Positions 20,238 to 30,666 of a stretch of 64,000 nucleotides of DNA are shown here, in pieces. Both the position numbers and the translations under genes were made by a program. Location: contig JBEULP010000108.1 of NCBI GenBank assembly GCA_041287245.1, forward strand, positions 1-64,000, read 5' to 3'. The notes beneath the pieces were generated by a model, which saw nothing but the letters and a program-made list of their open reading frames with translations, searched no databases and had not been told where the DNA came from. Within the stretch, counting starts at the first letter, position 1. The number at the start of each line of letters is the position of its first letter. This DNA comes from Infirmifilum sp. GTDB taxonomy: Archaea > Thermoproteota > Thermoprotei > Thermofilales > Thermofilaceae.

Positions 20238-21014
20238 TTACGGAGATAGTTCTGTGAACTGTCTTAGAAGTGGCTGGTACAGAGTGTTTGCCAGGGTTGC
20301 CTTCAGTATAAAGTCAAAAAAGATGAAGATAAGGGCATAGACTAGTAGCCTCTTAACCTCTTCCTCAACAATAAGCTTCCTCTTGGTGAAGATTAGCCAA
20401 GAGATTCTGGATAAGGCTGTTCCCAGTAGAACATAGCCCACCACCCTCAGTATAGCGTAGACCTGCCAGGAGAGCAAGGCGACCTCGAAGAAATGAGAAG
20501 CAGAGGCGTGGAGTAGCAGAACGCCGACATAAAAGTTCATATAGTCAAGGAGATAAGCTCCCAGAAACAGACCGGCAAACCCTGCGGTTGCTAGAGATGA
20601 AAGCGCGAAGACTGTTATTTCTAACAGTTTAGGTACTATGAATAGGGAGGGGTCTCCCTCCGCCCCCCGCCCGGTAAGTATCCAAGAGAACATCTCTTCA
20701 GTGTATTCTTTCCCTTTAGCTATCGCGGCGGCACCCTGCATACCCTGTGTGTATGCATAGTGTATGGTTAAGAGAGATAAGGTGATAGCCCACGAGAACA
20801 CCAAGAGATAAGCACTTCTAAATTTTCCTTGAGAAACTTGCCAGATGAAGCCGGGGTACACTGCTAAGGTGAGGAGAAGGGGGAGAATCATTTGATTAAC
20901 TCTCGTGAGAGGTAGAGCCACGTAGAAAAGCACCAGGGTTGCCGCTAAGGTAGATGTAAAACAAATCAACTGTTGCTCGCAGTATCTCCTAGGATCTTCC
21001 ACTGCCCGCATCAT
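20238..21014 (-). CDS. Multi-pass membrane protein, function unknown
   Basis: About 7 hydrophobic segments. Confidence 0.7.
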   Translation of the reverse strand: MMRAVEDPRRYCEQQLICFTSTLAATLVLFYVALPLTRVNQMILPLLLTLAVYPGFIWQVSQGKFRSAYLLVFSWAITLSLLTIHYAYTQGMQGAAAIAKGKEYTEEMFSWILTGRGAEGDPSLFIVPKLLEITVFALSSLATAGFAGLFLGAYLLDYMNFYVGVLLLHASASHFFEVALLSWQVYAILRVVGYVLLGTALSRISWLIFTKRKLIVEEEVKRLLVYALIFIFFDFILKATLANTLYQPLLRQFTELSP

Positions 21015-21065
21015 TTACAACAAGGTTTTTATTTTCATAAATCTTTTCCCCCAAAGAGAGTCATT

Positions 21066-21794
21066 ATGCCAGTTGTATCCGTTAAAAACCTTGTGAAGAA
21101 TTACGGGTCCTTCAGAGCTCTCGACGGTGTAAGCTTTCAGGTAGAGGAAGGCCAAGTCTTCGGTCTTATCGGGCCAAACGGCGCGGGAAAAACCACGACC
21201 TTCAGGATTCTAGCGGGGCTCTTGCAGCCAACCCAAGGCGAGGCTCTAGTACTGGGTGAGAGGCCTGGATCTTTAAAGGTAAAAAAGATGATGGCCTACC
21301 TGCCAGAGGACGCGGGCTCGTACAGGAACCTTACAGGATACGAGTTTCTCAAGCTGGTAGCAGAGCTCTACTATGGCAGGACTCGGGAGGCGGAGGAGGC
21401 GCTGGAGCTAGGGGTGAGGATAGCGGGGCTTGGTGAGAAGATACATGAGAAGATGAAGACGTATAGCAAGGGTATGAAGAGGCGTGTGCAGGTTGCCCGT
21501 GTACTAATGCTTAAGCCTAGGCTCGCGATTCTAGACGAGCCGACAGCTGGGCTGGACGTTGTCCAGGCTAAGGAGATCCGGGAACTCATAAAGGAAAATG
21601 CCACCAAATTCGGAGTTACTGTGCTTCTCTCAAGCCACAACATGCTTGAAGTAGAGGATGTGTGCTCTTACGTGGCGATGCTCAACAAGGGCAGGATAAT
21701 CGAGGAAGGCGAGGTAAAGGATCTTATAAGCAAGTATGGGGTGCGCAATCTCGAGGAGGTTTTCTTCAGCATCATCGGTGGTGGCTCGAGATGA
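21066..21794 (+). CDS. ABC exporter ATP-binding subunit (NatA-like)
   Basis: GPNGAGKTT, YSKGM, ILDEPTAGLD, SSH. Confidence 0.92.
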   Translation: MPVVSVKNLVKNYGSFRALDGVSFQVEEGQVFGLIGPNGAGKTTTFRILAGLLQPTQGEALVLGERPGSLKVKKMMAYLPEDAGSYRNLTGYEFLKLVAELYYGRTREAEEALELGVRIAGLGEKIHEKMKTYSKGMKRRVQVARVLMLKPRLAILDEPTAGLDVVQAKEIRELIKENATKFGVTVLLSSHNMLEVEDVCSYVAMLNKGRIIEEGEVKDLISKYGVRNLEEVFFSIIGGGSR

Positions 21795-23107
21795 TACGTC
21801 CACTTCTCGTAAAGGAGATTAAAGACATGCTTAGAGATCCCAGGATCCTCGTTCCATTCATTCTCAGCGCGCTTATAATGCCTGTGATAGGCCTCGTGAT
21901 ATCAATCCCAATGCGTTCCGCGGTTGAGGAGGCGATACACGGCGCACAAAACATAGGTTTCGTGAATCTCGACAACGGACCTTACCCAACACTCCTCAAG
22001 GAGTGGCTTGCCCAGAGAGGGTTCAGCATTACACCTCTCCCATATAGCGCTGGAAAAGAGCTTTACAAGGCAGCCTCGGAAAGTAATCTACGAATTATCC
22101 TGATAGTTCCACAAGGGTTCTCCCAGTCTATCGAGGGTGCTATGCCTCTAAACGTGACCGTCGTATCTGTTATAGATGAAATCTCCTTTATCTCGGGGGT
22201 TGAGACGCAGCCGATCATCCAGGAGCTGAGAAACTTCTACCTGCAAGTTATTGCTAACAGGACACGACTCGACCCTCGACTCCTCTCAAATCCCGTTAAC
22301 GTAGAGCCACAGACATATATAGCCAGTAAAGGGGTCTTTTTACCGGCTGACCCAGCTTCACTCGCTGGGCTTCTAATGGCCGCCCTTCTCATACCGGTCA
22401 TCGTAATGTCCATCTCAATGGCTGTAATGCAGATGTCTGCAACCTCGATGGCTATTGAAAACGAGGAGAAAACCTTGGAAACACTCCTCACGATGCCTGT
22501 GCCCACCCGGGACATACTAACAGCGAAGCTACTTGGCATGTTTGTGGTCTCGATGATCGGGTCCCTCTTCGAGGTCATAGGCATGGCCCTATACTTTATA
22601 ATCTACTTCGCCACATTTATCCCTGTAATGCCAGGAGAGCCCCATAGCCCAAGCCTAGCCAGTTTAACCCCAGGTCCGAGCCTCTTTAACATTGGTGACT
22701 TCCTGCTCCTAATACCAAGCCTCCTCATCTCGCTGTTCTTCGCAGCCGGGTTAGGCGTAGTAATAGGTGCTCTCAGCCGTGACGTCAGAATAGCAAACAC
22801 TATTATGAGCCCAGTATCCATGCTTGTAATCCTACCAGGATACTTCGTCGTCTTCGCACCCTCGAAGCTTGTAGGCCCGCTTCTCAAAGCCGTTTTCTAT
22901 GTCTTCCCGCTAACACAGCCCACACTCCTGGCTAAGGACATTGTCGGTTCCAAGCCCCCCGTAGAGGTTCCGCTCTACCTCCTCCTCGCAACGCTGCTAA
23001 CCCTGCTGCTAGTGTGGGCAACATCCTATCTTTTCTCCCTCGAGACCCTTTCTCGAGTGCAATACGCTGTTGAAAGATTAGCGGCGAAGATCAGGAGAAA
23101 ACGCTGA
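21791..23107 (+). CDS. ABC-2 exporter permease (NatB-like)
   Basis: KEIKDMLRD, ENEEKTLETLLTMPV...AKL; large loop plus about 6 TM; ATGA overlap. Confidence 0.88.
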   Translation: MIRPLLVKEIKDMLRDPRILVPFILSALIMPVIGLVISIPMRSAVEEAIHGAQNIGFVNLDNGPYPTLLKEWLAQRGFSITPLPYSAGKELYKAASESNLRIILIVPQGFSQSIEGAMPLNVTVVSVIDEISFISGVETQPIIQELRNFYLQVIANRTRLDPRLLSNPVNVEPQTYIASKGVFLPADPASLAGLLMAALLIPVIVMSISMAVMQMSATSMAIENEEKTLETLLTMPVPTRDILTAKLLGMFVVSMIGSLFEVIGMALYFIIYFATFIPVMPGEPHSPSLASLTPGPSLFNIGDFLLLIPSLLISLFFAAGLGVVIGALSRDVRIANTIMSPVSMLVILPGYFVVFAPSKLVGPLLKAVFYVFPLTQPTLLAKDIVGSKPPVEVPLYLLLATLLTLLLVWATSYLFSLETLSRVQYAVERLAAKIRRKR

Positions 23108-23132
23108 GCATTAAGACTGTTAAACTGTAAAT

Positions 23133-23147
23133 TATGTAGATTGCATA
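23133..23147. promoter_or_regulatory. Candidate operator (imperfect palindrome TATGTAGATTGCATA) upstream of sugar ABC operon
   Basis: Core ATGTAGATTGCA recurs exactly at 40079-40090, upstream of the other sugar-binding protein. Confidence 0.4.
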
Positions 23148-23228
23148 GGAAGTTGTATTTTACGGCATAATTTAAACCTTTCTAGCAATAGAAATAAAAG
23201 GTTATAAAAAAATAATAGTCGATAAAAC

Positions 23229-24734
23229 ATGCAAGCAAAATCTCAAAAGACTGTTGCGCTGCTCCTCATCATAGTATTGCTCCTCGGCTTTGGGGCTGGA
23301 TATCTTGTCCACTGGGCAACTACCCCCACAGCCCCGGCAGGAGAGTATGTACCTAAAAGCGAGTACGATGCCCTCAACCAGCAGCTACAAACATTGAAAG
23401 CCCAGCTACAACAGCTACAGCAGCAACAGGGCGGAAAGCCCGTAGAGATAGTAATAACAGCTTGGACACAAGGCCCGGAAAGAGAGTCCATCTATCGGCA
23501 GCTGAACTTGGTGGAAGCAGCTAAAAGGCTAAACACCATTTTCAAGGTTGTTGGCGTCCCAGCCACGGTTACCGTTCAGGGAGACTTCTCTACTGCCTCA
23601 TGGACAGACTACAGGAACAAGGTCTTCCTAGCATTGCAGGGCGGGACAGGTCCGTGCATATTCCAGATGGAGCATCACTATGCGGCGCTTCTGAGCGAAA
23701 ACGGTTGGATTATTCCCCTTGATGACTACGTGAAGAAGTATTGGAATTGGACGTACTATGACATAATATCTGGGCTCTGGAGCTCCGTGACGTACAAGGG
23801 TCACATCTGGGGTATACCGCAAGACACAGAGGCGAGGCCCGTCTTTTTCAACAAGCTTCTTCTCAAACAGCTCGGCTGGACTGACGAGCAGATAAATGCC
23901 CTGCCAGAAAAGATACGTACCGGGCAGTTCACCCTCCAGGACATGCTCAAAGTAGCCGAGCAGGCTGTGCAGAAAGGCGTCGTCCAACCGGGCTACGGGA
24001 TCTGGCACAGGCCCAGCGCCGGTCCCGACTGGCCAATAGTATATTTAGCTTTTGGCGGAACGCTGCAGGATCCAGCCACAGGCAAACTAGTCGCTGACAT
24101 GAAGATCTGGAAGAAGACTTTTGACTGGTTCTACGAGGCATCTATGCAGAAAGGAAAAGTCATTTCCGACAAGATCACGTCGCTTGACTTCAACCGTGAC
24201 ATACACCCCACGGTTGTCTCAGGAAAAGTACTCTTCTGGTTCGGCGGTACATGGCACAAGGGGCAGTGGATAGGCTCCTTTAACCTTACAGAGGACAAGT
24301 TCTGGCAGATGTTCGGCTTTGCCTTATACCCTGCTGGTGAGCCAGGGCTCCAGCCTGTCACTCTCTCGCAGCCCCAAGCGTACTTTATATCTAAATCTTG
24401 CCAGTACCCAGAGGTCGCTTTCCTCATAATCACCTTGGCTACTGACCCCTACCTCAACTCTCTACATGCTGTTAAGAGTGCGCATCTAGCCATACTCTAC
24501 GATCAGCTGTCTAATCCCATTTACACGCAGGATAAGTTCCTTGCAGAAACAGGGTACATGGTGCAATACGCAAAATACCAGCCTATCAACCCCAAGTGGA
24601 GCGACTACAACACGATAATCTTCAACGTTATAAAGGGTATCGAAACCGGGCAGTTCAACTCTGACCAAGCGTTGCAGGTGTTCAGGCAAAACCTCCAAAA
24701 CACTCTAGGAGATGCTGTCATAATCCGAGATTAA
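23229..24734 (+). CDS. Sugar ABC transporter substrate-binding protein
   Basis: N-terminal TM anchor, Gln-rich coiled stalk, IIPLDDY, WGIPQDTEAR; first gene of SBP-permease-permease-ATPase. Confidence 0.88.
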   Translation: MQAKSQKTVALLLIIVLLLGFGAGYLVHWATTPTAPAGEYVPKSEYDALNQQLQTLKAQLQQLQQQQGGKPVEIVITAWTQGPERESIYRQLNLVEAAKRLNTIFKVVGVPATVTVQGDFSTASWTDYRNKVFLALQGGTGPCIFQMEHHYAALLSENGWIIPLDDYVKKYWNWTYYDIISGLWSSVTYKGHIWGIPQDTEARPVFFNKLLLKQLGWTDEQINALPEKIRTGQFTLQDMLKVAEQAVQKGVVQPGYGIWHRPSAGPDWPIVYLAFGGTLQDPATGKLVADMKIWKKTFDWFYEASMQKGKVISDKITSLDFNRDIHPTVVSGKVLFWFGGTWHKGQWIGSFNLTEDKFWQMFGFALYPAGEPGLQPVTLSQPQAYFISKSCQYPEVAFLIITLATDPYLNSLHAVKSAHLAILYDQLSNPIYTQDKFLAETGYMVQYAKYQPINPKWSDYNTIIFNVIKGIETGQFNSDQALQVFRQNLQNTLGDAVIIRD

Positions 24735-24761
24735 AAAATATTTTTTTGGGTGTGTAAAATT

Positions 24762-25673
24762 ATGGCTTCTAAGAAAACAATCGTAAGGACGCTGGTTTTA
24801 ACCGTATTTCTTCTACCAGCCACTATAGTCGTAGTACTTTTTATGGCTGTCCCGGGAGTAATAACTTTTTTAATGTCTCTAACAAACCTCGACTATCGCT
24901 TTGTCTGGGAGTGGGTGGGGCTCTCAAACTACGTGAAGTTCTTCAGCGATATCAACACTCCGATCTTCGTTAGAAACACGATAATCTTCGTCACCGGCAC
25001 GCTGACATTCAACGTATTAGTGGGCCTACTCCTGGCCCTAATATCCACGCATATTCACGACACATTAGGTACTGTTATGCGAGCCCTGTGGTATCTTCCC
25101 AGGGTCATGCCTTCCGTAATCTACGCCTTTATAATGATGTGGATATTCTCGCCGATGGATAACGGCTTCCTAAACACGGTTCTGAAGAGCATAGGGGATC
25201 AACCAGTTCCCTGGACATTCCAATACTACTGGCCGTTCCTGTTCATAGTCAACGGCCTGATCGGGAGCAGCTTTGGAATGGTAATTTTTAGCTCCGCTAT
25301 TAAAGCGATACCTCCCGAGTATATCATAGCTGCAAAAGTAGACGGTGCTTCCCAGCTTACAATAGTAAGGAGGGTCATCCTCCCCCTAATAAAATGGCAG
25401 ATCGCGTTCGTCGTAGCCTACCAGACCCTCTCGCTACTAGCCTCTTTCGAGTATATCCTGCTAACTCTCGACGGGGGCCCCGGTTACTACTCAACTGAAG
25501 TGATGATACTGCAGGCCTATCATCTGGCTTTCGGCCAGTACCTTGCGAGCATGAGGTACGGGTACGCCGCGGTGTTCGTTACTATCCTGCTTGTCGTTGG
25601 TCTGGCGCTCTCGATACTGTATTGGAAGGTCTTCAGGCTTAGAGAGCTGATGGCTGAACCTAAGATGGAGTAG
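24762..25673 (+). CDS. Carbohydrate ABC permease (MalF/UgpA-like)
   Basis: VGLSNY, AIPPEYIIAAKVDGAS loop. Confidence 0.9.
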   Translation: MASKKTIVRTLVLTVFLLPATIVVVLFMAVPGVITFLMSLTNLDYRFVWEWVGLSNYVKFFSDINTPIFVRNTIIFVTGTLTFNVLVGLLLALISTHIHDTLGTVMRALWYLPRVMPSVIYAFIMMWIFSPMDNGFLNTVLKSIGDQPVPWTFQYYWPFLFIVNGLIGSSFGMVIFSSAIKAIPPEYIIAAKVDGASQLTIVRRVILPLIKWQIAFVVAYQTLSLLASFEYILLTLDGGPGYYSTEVMILQAYHLAFGQYLASMRYGYAAVFVTILLVVGLALSILYWKVFRLRELMAEPKME

Positions 25674-26525
25674 GTGATGGGTGTGAAGGTTAAGCTTTCA
25701 ACAATCTTGTTGTACCTTGTTGCTGCCGTCTTAATGGTGATGATAGTTGTACCCATCTTGTTGCTCTTCGGTCTTGCCTTCAGCCAAAGCCCGGTAACCA
25801 TACAAGGTTTCACGTTGGACAACTTTAAGTTCCTCACAAGCGGCGTCCTCTTCCAGGAAAACCCGATTTATAGTAAGTTGTATCCTAATGTATATGCCGT
25901 TACTATCAATACTATGCTCCTTGCACTTGGCAACATGGTACTTGTCGTGCTCATCTCTTCCATGGCTGCGTACGTGATATCACGCTACAGCTTCAGGGGT
26001 AGGAGTGCTCTGCTCGGGACTTTCCTAATAATCCACGGCGTCCCCGCCTCCGTCTTGCTCATAGCGCTTTACTTCATGCTGCGCCAGCTAAATCTGCTGA
26101 ACACGATGCTCGGCGTGATACTCGTTAGAATGTCTGTAGACTTGCCTCTGGGCGTTTGGGTTCTCAAGGGCTTCTACGACTCTGTGCCTTGGGATATTGA
26201 GATAGCAAGCCTTGTAGACGGAACCAGCAGGCTAGGCGCTTTTTACAAGGTTATGCTTCCACTCGTTAAGCCGGGGATATTCGCCGTGGCACTTTTCTCG
26301 TTTCTCAGCGGATGGGGCGAGTACATCTTCGTATACACGTTTATACAATCTCAGGTTAACTGGACTCTCTCGCTTCTGATCAGAAGCCTTGTAGGGGAAA
26401 TGGGCGGGATCAACCTTTCTCTCATAGCAGCTTTGTCTGTTTTCTATCTATTACCTGTTCTCGCATTGTATATAGTAGGTGAAAAGTATTTGGTTAGGGT
26501 TACAATAGGTGGTGTTAAGGGGTGA
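25674..26525 (+). CDS. Carbohydrate ABC permease (MalG/UgpE-like)
   Basis: FTLDNF, AAYVISRYSFRG, VPWDIEIASLVDG. Confidence 0.9.
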   Translation: MMGVKVKLSTILLYLVAAVLMVMIVVPILLLFGLAFSQSPVTIQGFTLDNFKFLTSGVLFQENPIYSKLYPNVYAVTINTMLLALGNMVLVVLISSMAAYVISRYSFRGRSALLGTFLIIHGVPASVLLIALYFMLRQLNLLNTMLGVILVRMSVDLPLGVWVLKGFYDSVPWDIEIASLVDGTSRLGAFYKVMLPLVKPGIFAVALFSFLSGWGEYIFVYTFIQSQVNWTLSLLIRSLVGEMGGINLSLIAALSVFYLLPVLALYIVGEKYLVRVTIGGVKG

Positions 26526-26531
26526 GTTTGA

Positions 26532-27605
26532 ATGGTTAGAGTTAAATTGGAGAACGTGTCGAAAGCCTTTAGGGGAGGCGTTGACGCTGTAAAGAACATA
26601 AACCTCGAGGTTCAAGACAAAGAGTTCGTCGTACTCCTCGGGCCTAGCGGTTGCGGCAAGACAACAACCCTCCTGATGATCGCAGGGGTTTATAAACCGA
26701 CAACAGGCTACATATACTTCGATGACCAGGTGGTTAACGACCTCGAGCCCAAAGACAGGAACATAGGTATGGTCTTCCAGAGCTATGCGCTCTACCCCCA
26801 CATGACTGTTTTTGAAAATATAGCGTTTCCACTTAAACTAAAGAAGCTTCCAAGACAGGAGATAGAATCACGGGTTCGCGAAGTTGCGGCTCTTCTCCAC
26901 ATAGAGGATCTCCTCCAAAGAAAACCTGGGCAGCTTAGTGGTGGGCAGCAGCAGCGTGTAGCCCTAGCCAGGGCTATAGTAAAGCAGCCCCAGCTTTTCT
27001 TAATGGACGAGCCGCTAAGTAACCTCGACGCTAAAATCAGGGTCGAGGTACGGGCAGAGCTGAAGAGGCTTCAACGCGAACTTGGTATAACGACAATCTA
27101 CGTTACACACGACCAGGCGGAGGCTATGAGCCTTGCGGATAGGGTAGCCGTTCTAAACAAGGGAGAATTACAGCAATACTCTACTCCAGAAGAGCTTTAC
27201 AACAATCCAGCCAACACCTTTGTCGCTAGTTTCATAGGTAGTCCACCAGCAAACCTCCTCGACGCCGACATAATTTTAGAGCCCAAGCCTATGGTTGATG
27301 TTGCCGGGACGAGCTTCCCGCTACCATCTGACCTGGCACAGGTATTCTCCAAGGCGGGCGAGACCAGGGTTATTCTGATGCTGAGACCCGAGCACGTAAG
27401 GGTAAAGCGAGGTAAAGGGTTTACCGTGTTTACAGTGGAGTGGCTCGGCAGGGAGGAGTATGCTTTTCTCAGGGCTCCAGACGGAACCCTTGTTAGAGTT
27501 ATACTGCCGCCCGAGGAGAGATACGACGTTGGAGACGAGGTTGAGATATCGTTTGACTTCAGGAAGATACACTTCTACAGGCGTAGCGGAGAGTTAATAG
27601 TATAA
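26532..27605 (+). CDS. Sugar ABC ATPase (MalK-like)
   Basis: GPSGCGKTT, VFQSYALYPHM, LSGGQQQR, MDEPLSNLD, VTHDQ. Confidence 0.95.
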   Translation: MVRVKLENVSKAFRGGVDAVKNINLEVQDKEFVVLLGPSGCGKTTTLLMIAGVYKPTTGYIYFDDQVVNDLEPKDRNIGMVFQSYALYPHMTVFENIAFPLKLKKLPRQEIESRVREVAALLHIEDLLQRKPGQLSGGQQQRVALARAIVKQPQLFLMDEPLSNLDAKIRVEVRAELKRLQRELGITTIYVTHDQAEAMSLADRVAVLNKGELQQYSTPEELYNNPANTFVASFIGSPPANLLDADIILEPKPMVDVAGTSFPLPSDLAQVFSKAGETRVILMLRPEHVRVKRGKGFTVFTVEWLGREEYAFLRAPDGTLVRVILPPEERYDVGDEVEISFDFRKIHFYRRSGELIV

Positions 27606-27631
27606 ATTGACCTTTTTCTATATTATTCTCT

Positions 27632-29974
27632 GTGGGATTAAGAGGTTTACTGTTGATAGGAGTTATCCTCTTAATAGTTGTATCTGCTGTAAACGTTCTA
27701 GCGCAGGGTGGTTGTGTCAGCATATTTTATACAATCTCTGAAAACATACCACCCAGCTATTATAGCTATTTCGAGTTTAATTTTCAACAACCGGGGAATG
27801 TCGCCCTACTCGTATCACCCGAAATAACCTCTAATGTCCCGGTCAAGTTACTCGTCCTTGACCTCGAGAAAAATGTCGAGCTCGCCTCTACTTCCTCTCA
27901 AAATGAACTAAAGGGTATTGTAAAAGCAGATTTTTCAACGCCGAGGAAAATGGGCTTAGCAATCATGAACCCATCCACGGCGACTGCGGCCGTATCAGGT
28001 AGGTTTAATGTTACATTGTGTGGGGGTCCAGCCCTCGCCTGGTCAGTAGACCGCGAGACGAAAACCTCCAATACCGGGCTTGGAAGGGCGGCGCCGGTGG
28101 GAATAGTCGATATAGGCGTAGCGTTAGTCAACGGGACTTTTATAGCATACAGATATGACTTTCAGGGCGTCAAAGCCTTGATAAGCTTCTCGGACGACTT
28201 TAAGGCTCACAGTTATAATCTTCCAGAGTATACTACGGGAGCAAGTGTCCAGCTAAACCTGAACCTGAAGGTGGTTACAAACAACAGGGATATACAGTTC
28301 TACTGGGTTCAGGAGGTTCTCGTGCTTGATGGCTCAGAGATGTACGTTAATATAAACATATGGAACATTACTAGAGTGAGGAAAGACTCTACCTGTATAC
28401 TCTCACCTCTAACCGAAAACACCGTTAGAGGCCACGGATCCATCAAATGGTACGACGGAAGCAAGGGCGGCTGCGCTGGCCAAGTCTACGCCTACGCGGA
28501 GCCGCGAACCACGCCACTCGGAGACACAACTTTGGAGGTCTCTGCTGAAAAAATCGGGAATACTATAACCCTCAGCTTCTTCCGAGATCAAAACCTTGTT
28601 GACTATGTGACCATACTTCCAGCGGGAAGCGTTACGGATGCCAGCTTTACCGTAGAGCCGATGCTCTGGGAGTGGAGCCCGATAGATGCAGAGCTGGTGT
28701 TCTCGGGAAAATCTAATATTTATCCTCTCGCCCTACTTGCATCCGGGCAGGTAATTCTCAAGTTGAGCTATCTCCGAAACGGCGCATGGATTCCTCCGCT
28801 TGCAGCATGGTCAACAGGTGGAAATACGTATGAAGTGTCCGTTGCAAACGCCGTTATCCAGCAGGCGGGTATTGTAAAAGTCGTGCCTGGGAACCCCGAT
28901 ACACATCTACTCTGGGTGTCGCTAGTAGTCATAAAGACTCCACTCGGTGATATCTTCTCGCAGTCGCTGGACATCTCTGGTTTTATCAGAAAAGTCATCG
29001 ACTTCCAAAATGGAACGCGGCTTGTTGAGCCCCAGGTATACGTTAATGGGAAACTATTCAATGGTACTAAGGTTTCCCCCGGAGATGTAGTCGAGATAAA
29101 ATATACGAAACAACACCATCTCAGAATTAATCTTCCCACAGGTGTTCAGGAGCTCTGGGTTAACGACGGGACCAAGCTTCTCTCGATAATTCCCGAAGTG
29201 ATACAACTGAATCCCAGTGAAAGATACATCCTCACTAAAGTTTATTTCGCCGGGATTGAAGTCAAACCCGATTCTGAGGTTCACGAGCCCGGTGAACTAG
29301 TGGGAATATACAGGAAACAATTCTTCATAACAGTGCTCTCTCTAAACACCACCTCCTTCTGGGCCGATGAAAATCTTTCCCTAGCAAGATTTGTCCGCGA
29401 CGAGATAGAGTTAGGGAACAGGACTAGGCTTGTAAAGCCGAGAATAATATACAACGGATCGCCCCTGGACACCCACGAGCCACGAGTAATAGGCCCAGGG
29501 GAATATGTTGTAGCTTATACAAGACAATACCTCTGCATGGTAACCACGCTTGAGGGGTCTTATGGAATATGGGTAGACTCGGGAAGCATTCTGCCGCTTC
29601 AACCTCCAGTTACATGCTTAAAGGGGGTTTGCTTTGTGCCGGTGGCATACATGGTTAATAATCAAACCGTGGGAAGCCAAAGCCCACTTGTCAATTCTCC
29701 CCTTAATGTCCAAATATTATACGATGCTACTGCTAGCGTTGACGCTTCAAGCCTAGGACTCCCAGCTCTCTATGCAACCGTTAGGCTTCAATGCGACTCG
29801 AGGACGGCTGAAACATCCTCTCTGCTAGCTTACAAGATAAGTGCTAGAATTTCAGGAGTCTCTACGCCAAACTGCATCGTAAATACGACAGTCCTGCCCC
29901 TTTGGCCGATACTATTAGCCTCCATAATTATCATAGTTATTTCATGGGCGTTTCACGAGAAAAGAAGCAAATAA
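27632..29974 (+). CDS. Membrane-anchored thermopsin-family (A5) protease-like surface protein
   Basis: Signal peptide; APVGIVDIG, SVQLNLNL, YWVQEV, DAELVFSG, NTYE resemble thermopsin motifs; NGTRLV/NRTRLV repeats; C-terminal TM with basic tail. Confidence 0.7.
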   Translation: MGLRGLLLIGVILLIVVSAVNVLAQGGCVSIFYTISENIPPSYYSYFEFNFQQPGNVALLVSPEITSNVPVKLLVLDLEKNVELASTSSQNELKGIVKADFSTPRKMGLAIMNPSTATAAVSGRFNVTLCGGPALAWSVDRETKTSNTGLGRAAPVGIVDIGVALVNGTFIAYRYDFQGVKALISFSDDFKAHSYNLPEYTTGASVQLNLNLKVVTNNRDIQFYWVQEVLVLDGSEMYVNINIWNITRVRKDSTCILSPLTENTVRGHGSIKWYDGSKGGCAGQVYAYAEPRTTPLGDTTLEVSAEKIGNTITLSFFRDQNLVDYVTILPAGSVTDASFTVEPMLWEWSPIDAELVFSGKSNIYPLALLASGQVILKLSYLRNGAWIPPLAAWSTGGNTYEVSVANAVIQQAGIVKVVPGNPDTHLLWVSLVVIKTPLGDIFSQSLDISGFIRKVIDFQNGTRLVEPQVYVNGKLFNGTKVSPGDVVEIKYTKQHHLRINLPTGVQELWVNDGTKLLSIIPEVIQLNPSERYILTKVYFAGIEVKPDSEVHEPGELVGIYRKQFFITVLSLNTTSFWADENLSLARFVRDEIELGNRTRLVKPRIIYNGSPLDTHEPRVIGPGEYVVAYTRQYLCMVTTLEGSYGIWVDSGSILPLQPPVTCLKGVCFVPVAYMVNNQTVGSQSPLVNSPLNVQILYDATASVDASSLGLPALYATVRLQCDSRTAETSSLLAYKISARISGVSTPNCIVNTTVLPLWPILLASIIIIVISWAFHEKRSK

Positions 29975-30051
29975 TATGCTGCTTACTAATTTTTTCAGAA
30001 ATCTAACCGATGGTTTTATAAAATAATACAATATACTTCAATTGATCAACA

Positions 30052-30129
30052 ATGCCGTGCAAGAGCAAAGGGAAAGGAAAGAAGAAAGAAAGTGAGACTA
30101 AGGAAGAAAAGAAAGAGGCTTCTAAATAG
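30052..30129 (+). CDS. Candidate 25-aa Lys/Glu-rich small protein
   Basis: MPCKSKGKGKKKESETKEEKKEASK*; TTTTATAAAA at 30014-30023 about 30 nt upstream; not in the ORF track. Confidence 0.45.
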   Translation: MPCKSKGKGKKKESETKEEKKEASK

Positions 30130-30152
30130 GTGTCTCTTAAAAAAGAGTTTCT

Positions 30153-30626
30153 TTACCCTCCAGGAGTTCCATGAAACGGGACTTCTTTCCACAACATTTC
30201 CCAAATCTCTGACTCTTTGATCACTTCTCTTTTAACAATTATTTCGAGGATGTTAACTAGAAGTTTGTGGTGTTTTACCTCATCGTCGAAAATATATTTA
30301 AATATGTTCTCTACGCGAGGATCGCTCACGTTTCCCAGAAGCTCTTTAAGCTCTCTAATCATCTCCTCCTCAATCCGAATGTGCGTCTCAACAATCCCCT
30401 TGAGCTTATCAAAGTCTTCTTCGCTTATAGCTGGGGAAATATTTGTCAGGATATTAAGTATACCCTTGTACATCTCAGCATGCTTTCTCGAGTCGAAAGC
30501 TATGCTGCCCAGGATTGTCCTTATAACCTCGCTTTTTAAACCGGTGACGCCTTTTTCTAGCTCCTCAGCATTTCTCAGCTCGAGTCTTATGCTCTTCTCA
30601 AGGCTTGGGATGCTTATTTTACTCAT
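30153..30626 (-). CDS. Ferritin-like/rubrerythrin-fold protein
   Basis: Paired helical carboxylate motifs E...DSRKH and E...DEVKHH. Confidence 0.8.
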   Translation of the reverse strand: MSKISIPSLEKSIRLELRNAEELEKGVTGLKSEVIRTILGSIAFDSRKHAEMYKGILNILTNISPAISEEDFDKLKGIVETHIRIEEEMIRELKELLGNVSDPRVENIFKYIFDDEVKHHKLLVNILEIIVKREVIKESEIWEMLWKEVPFHGTPGG

Positions 30627-30666
30627 CAAGAATAAAACCTCTAGCCTTTAATAAAGTATTATGTTT

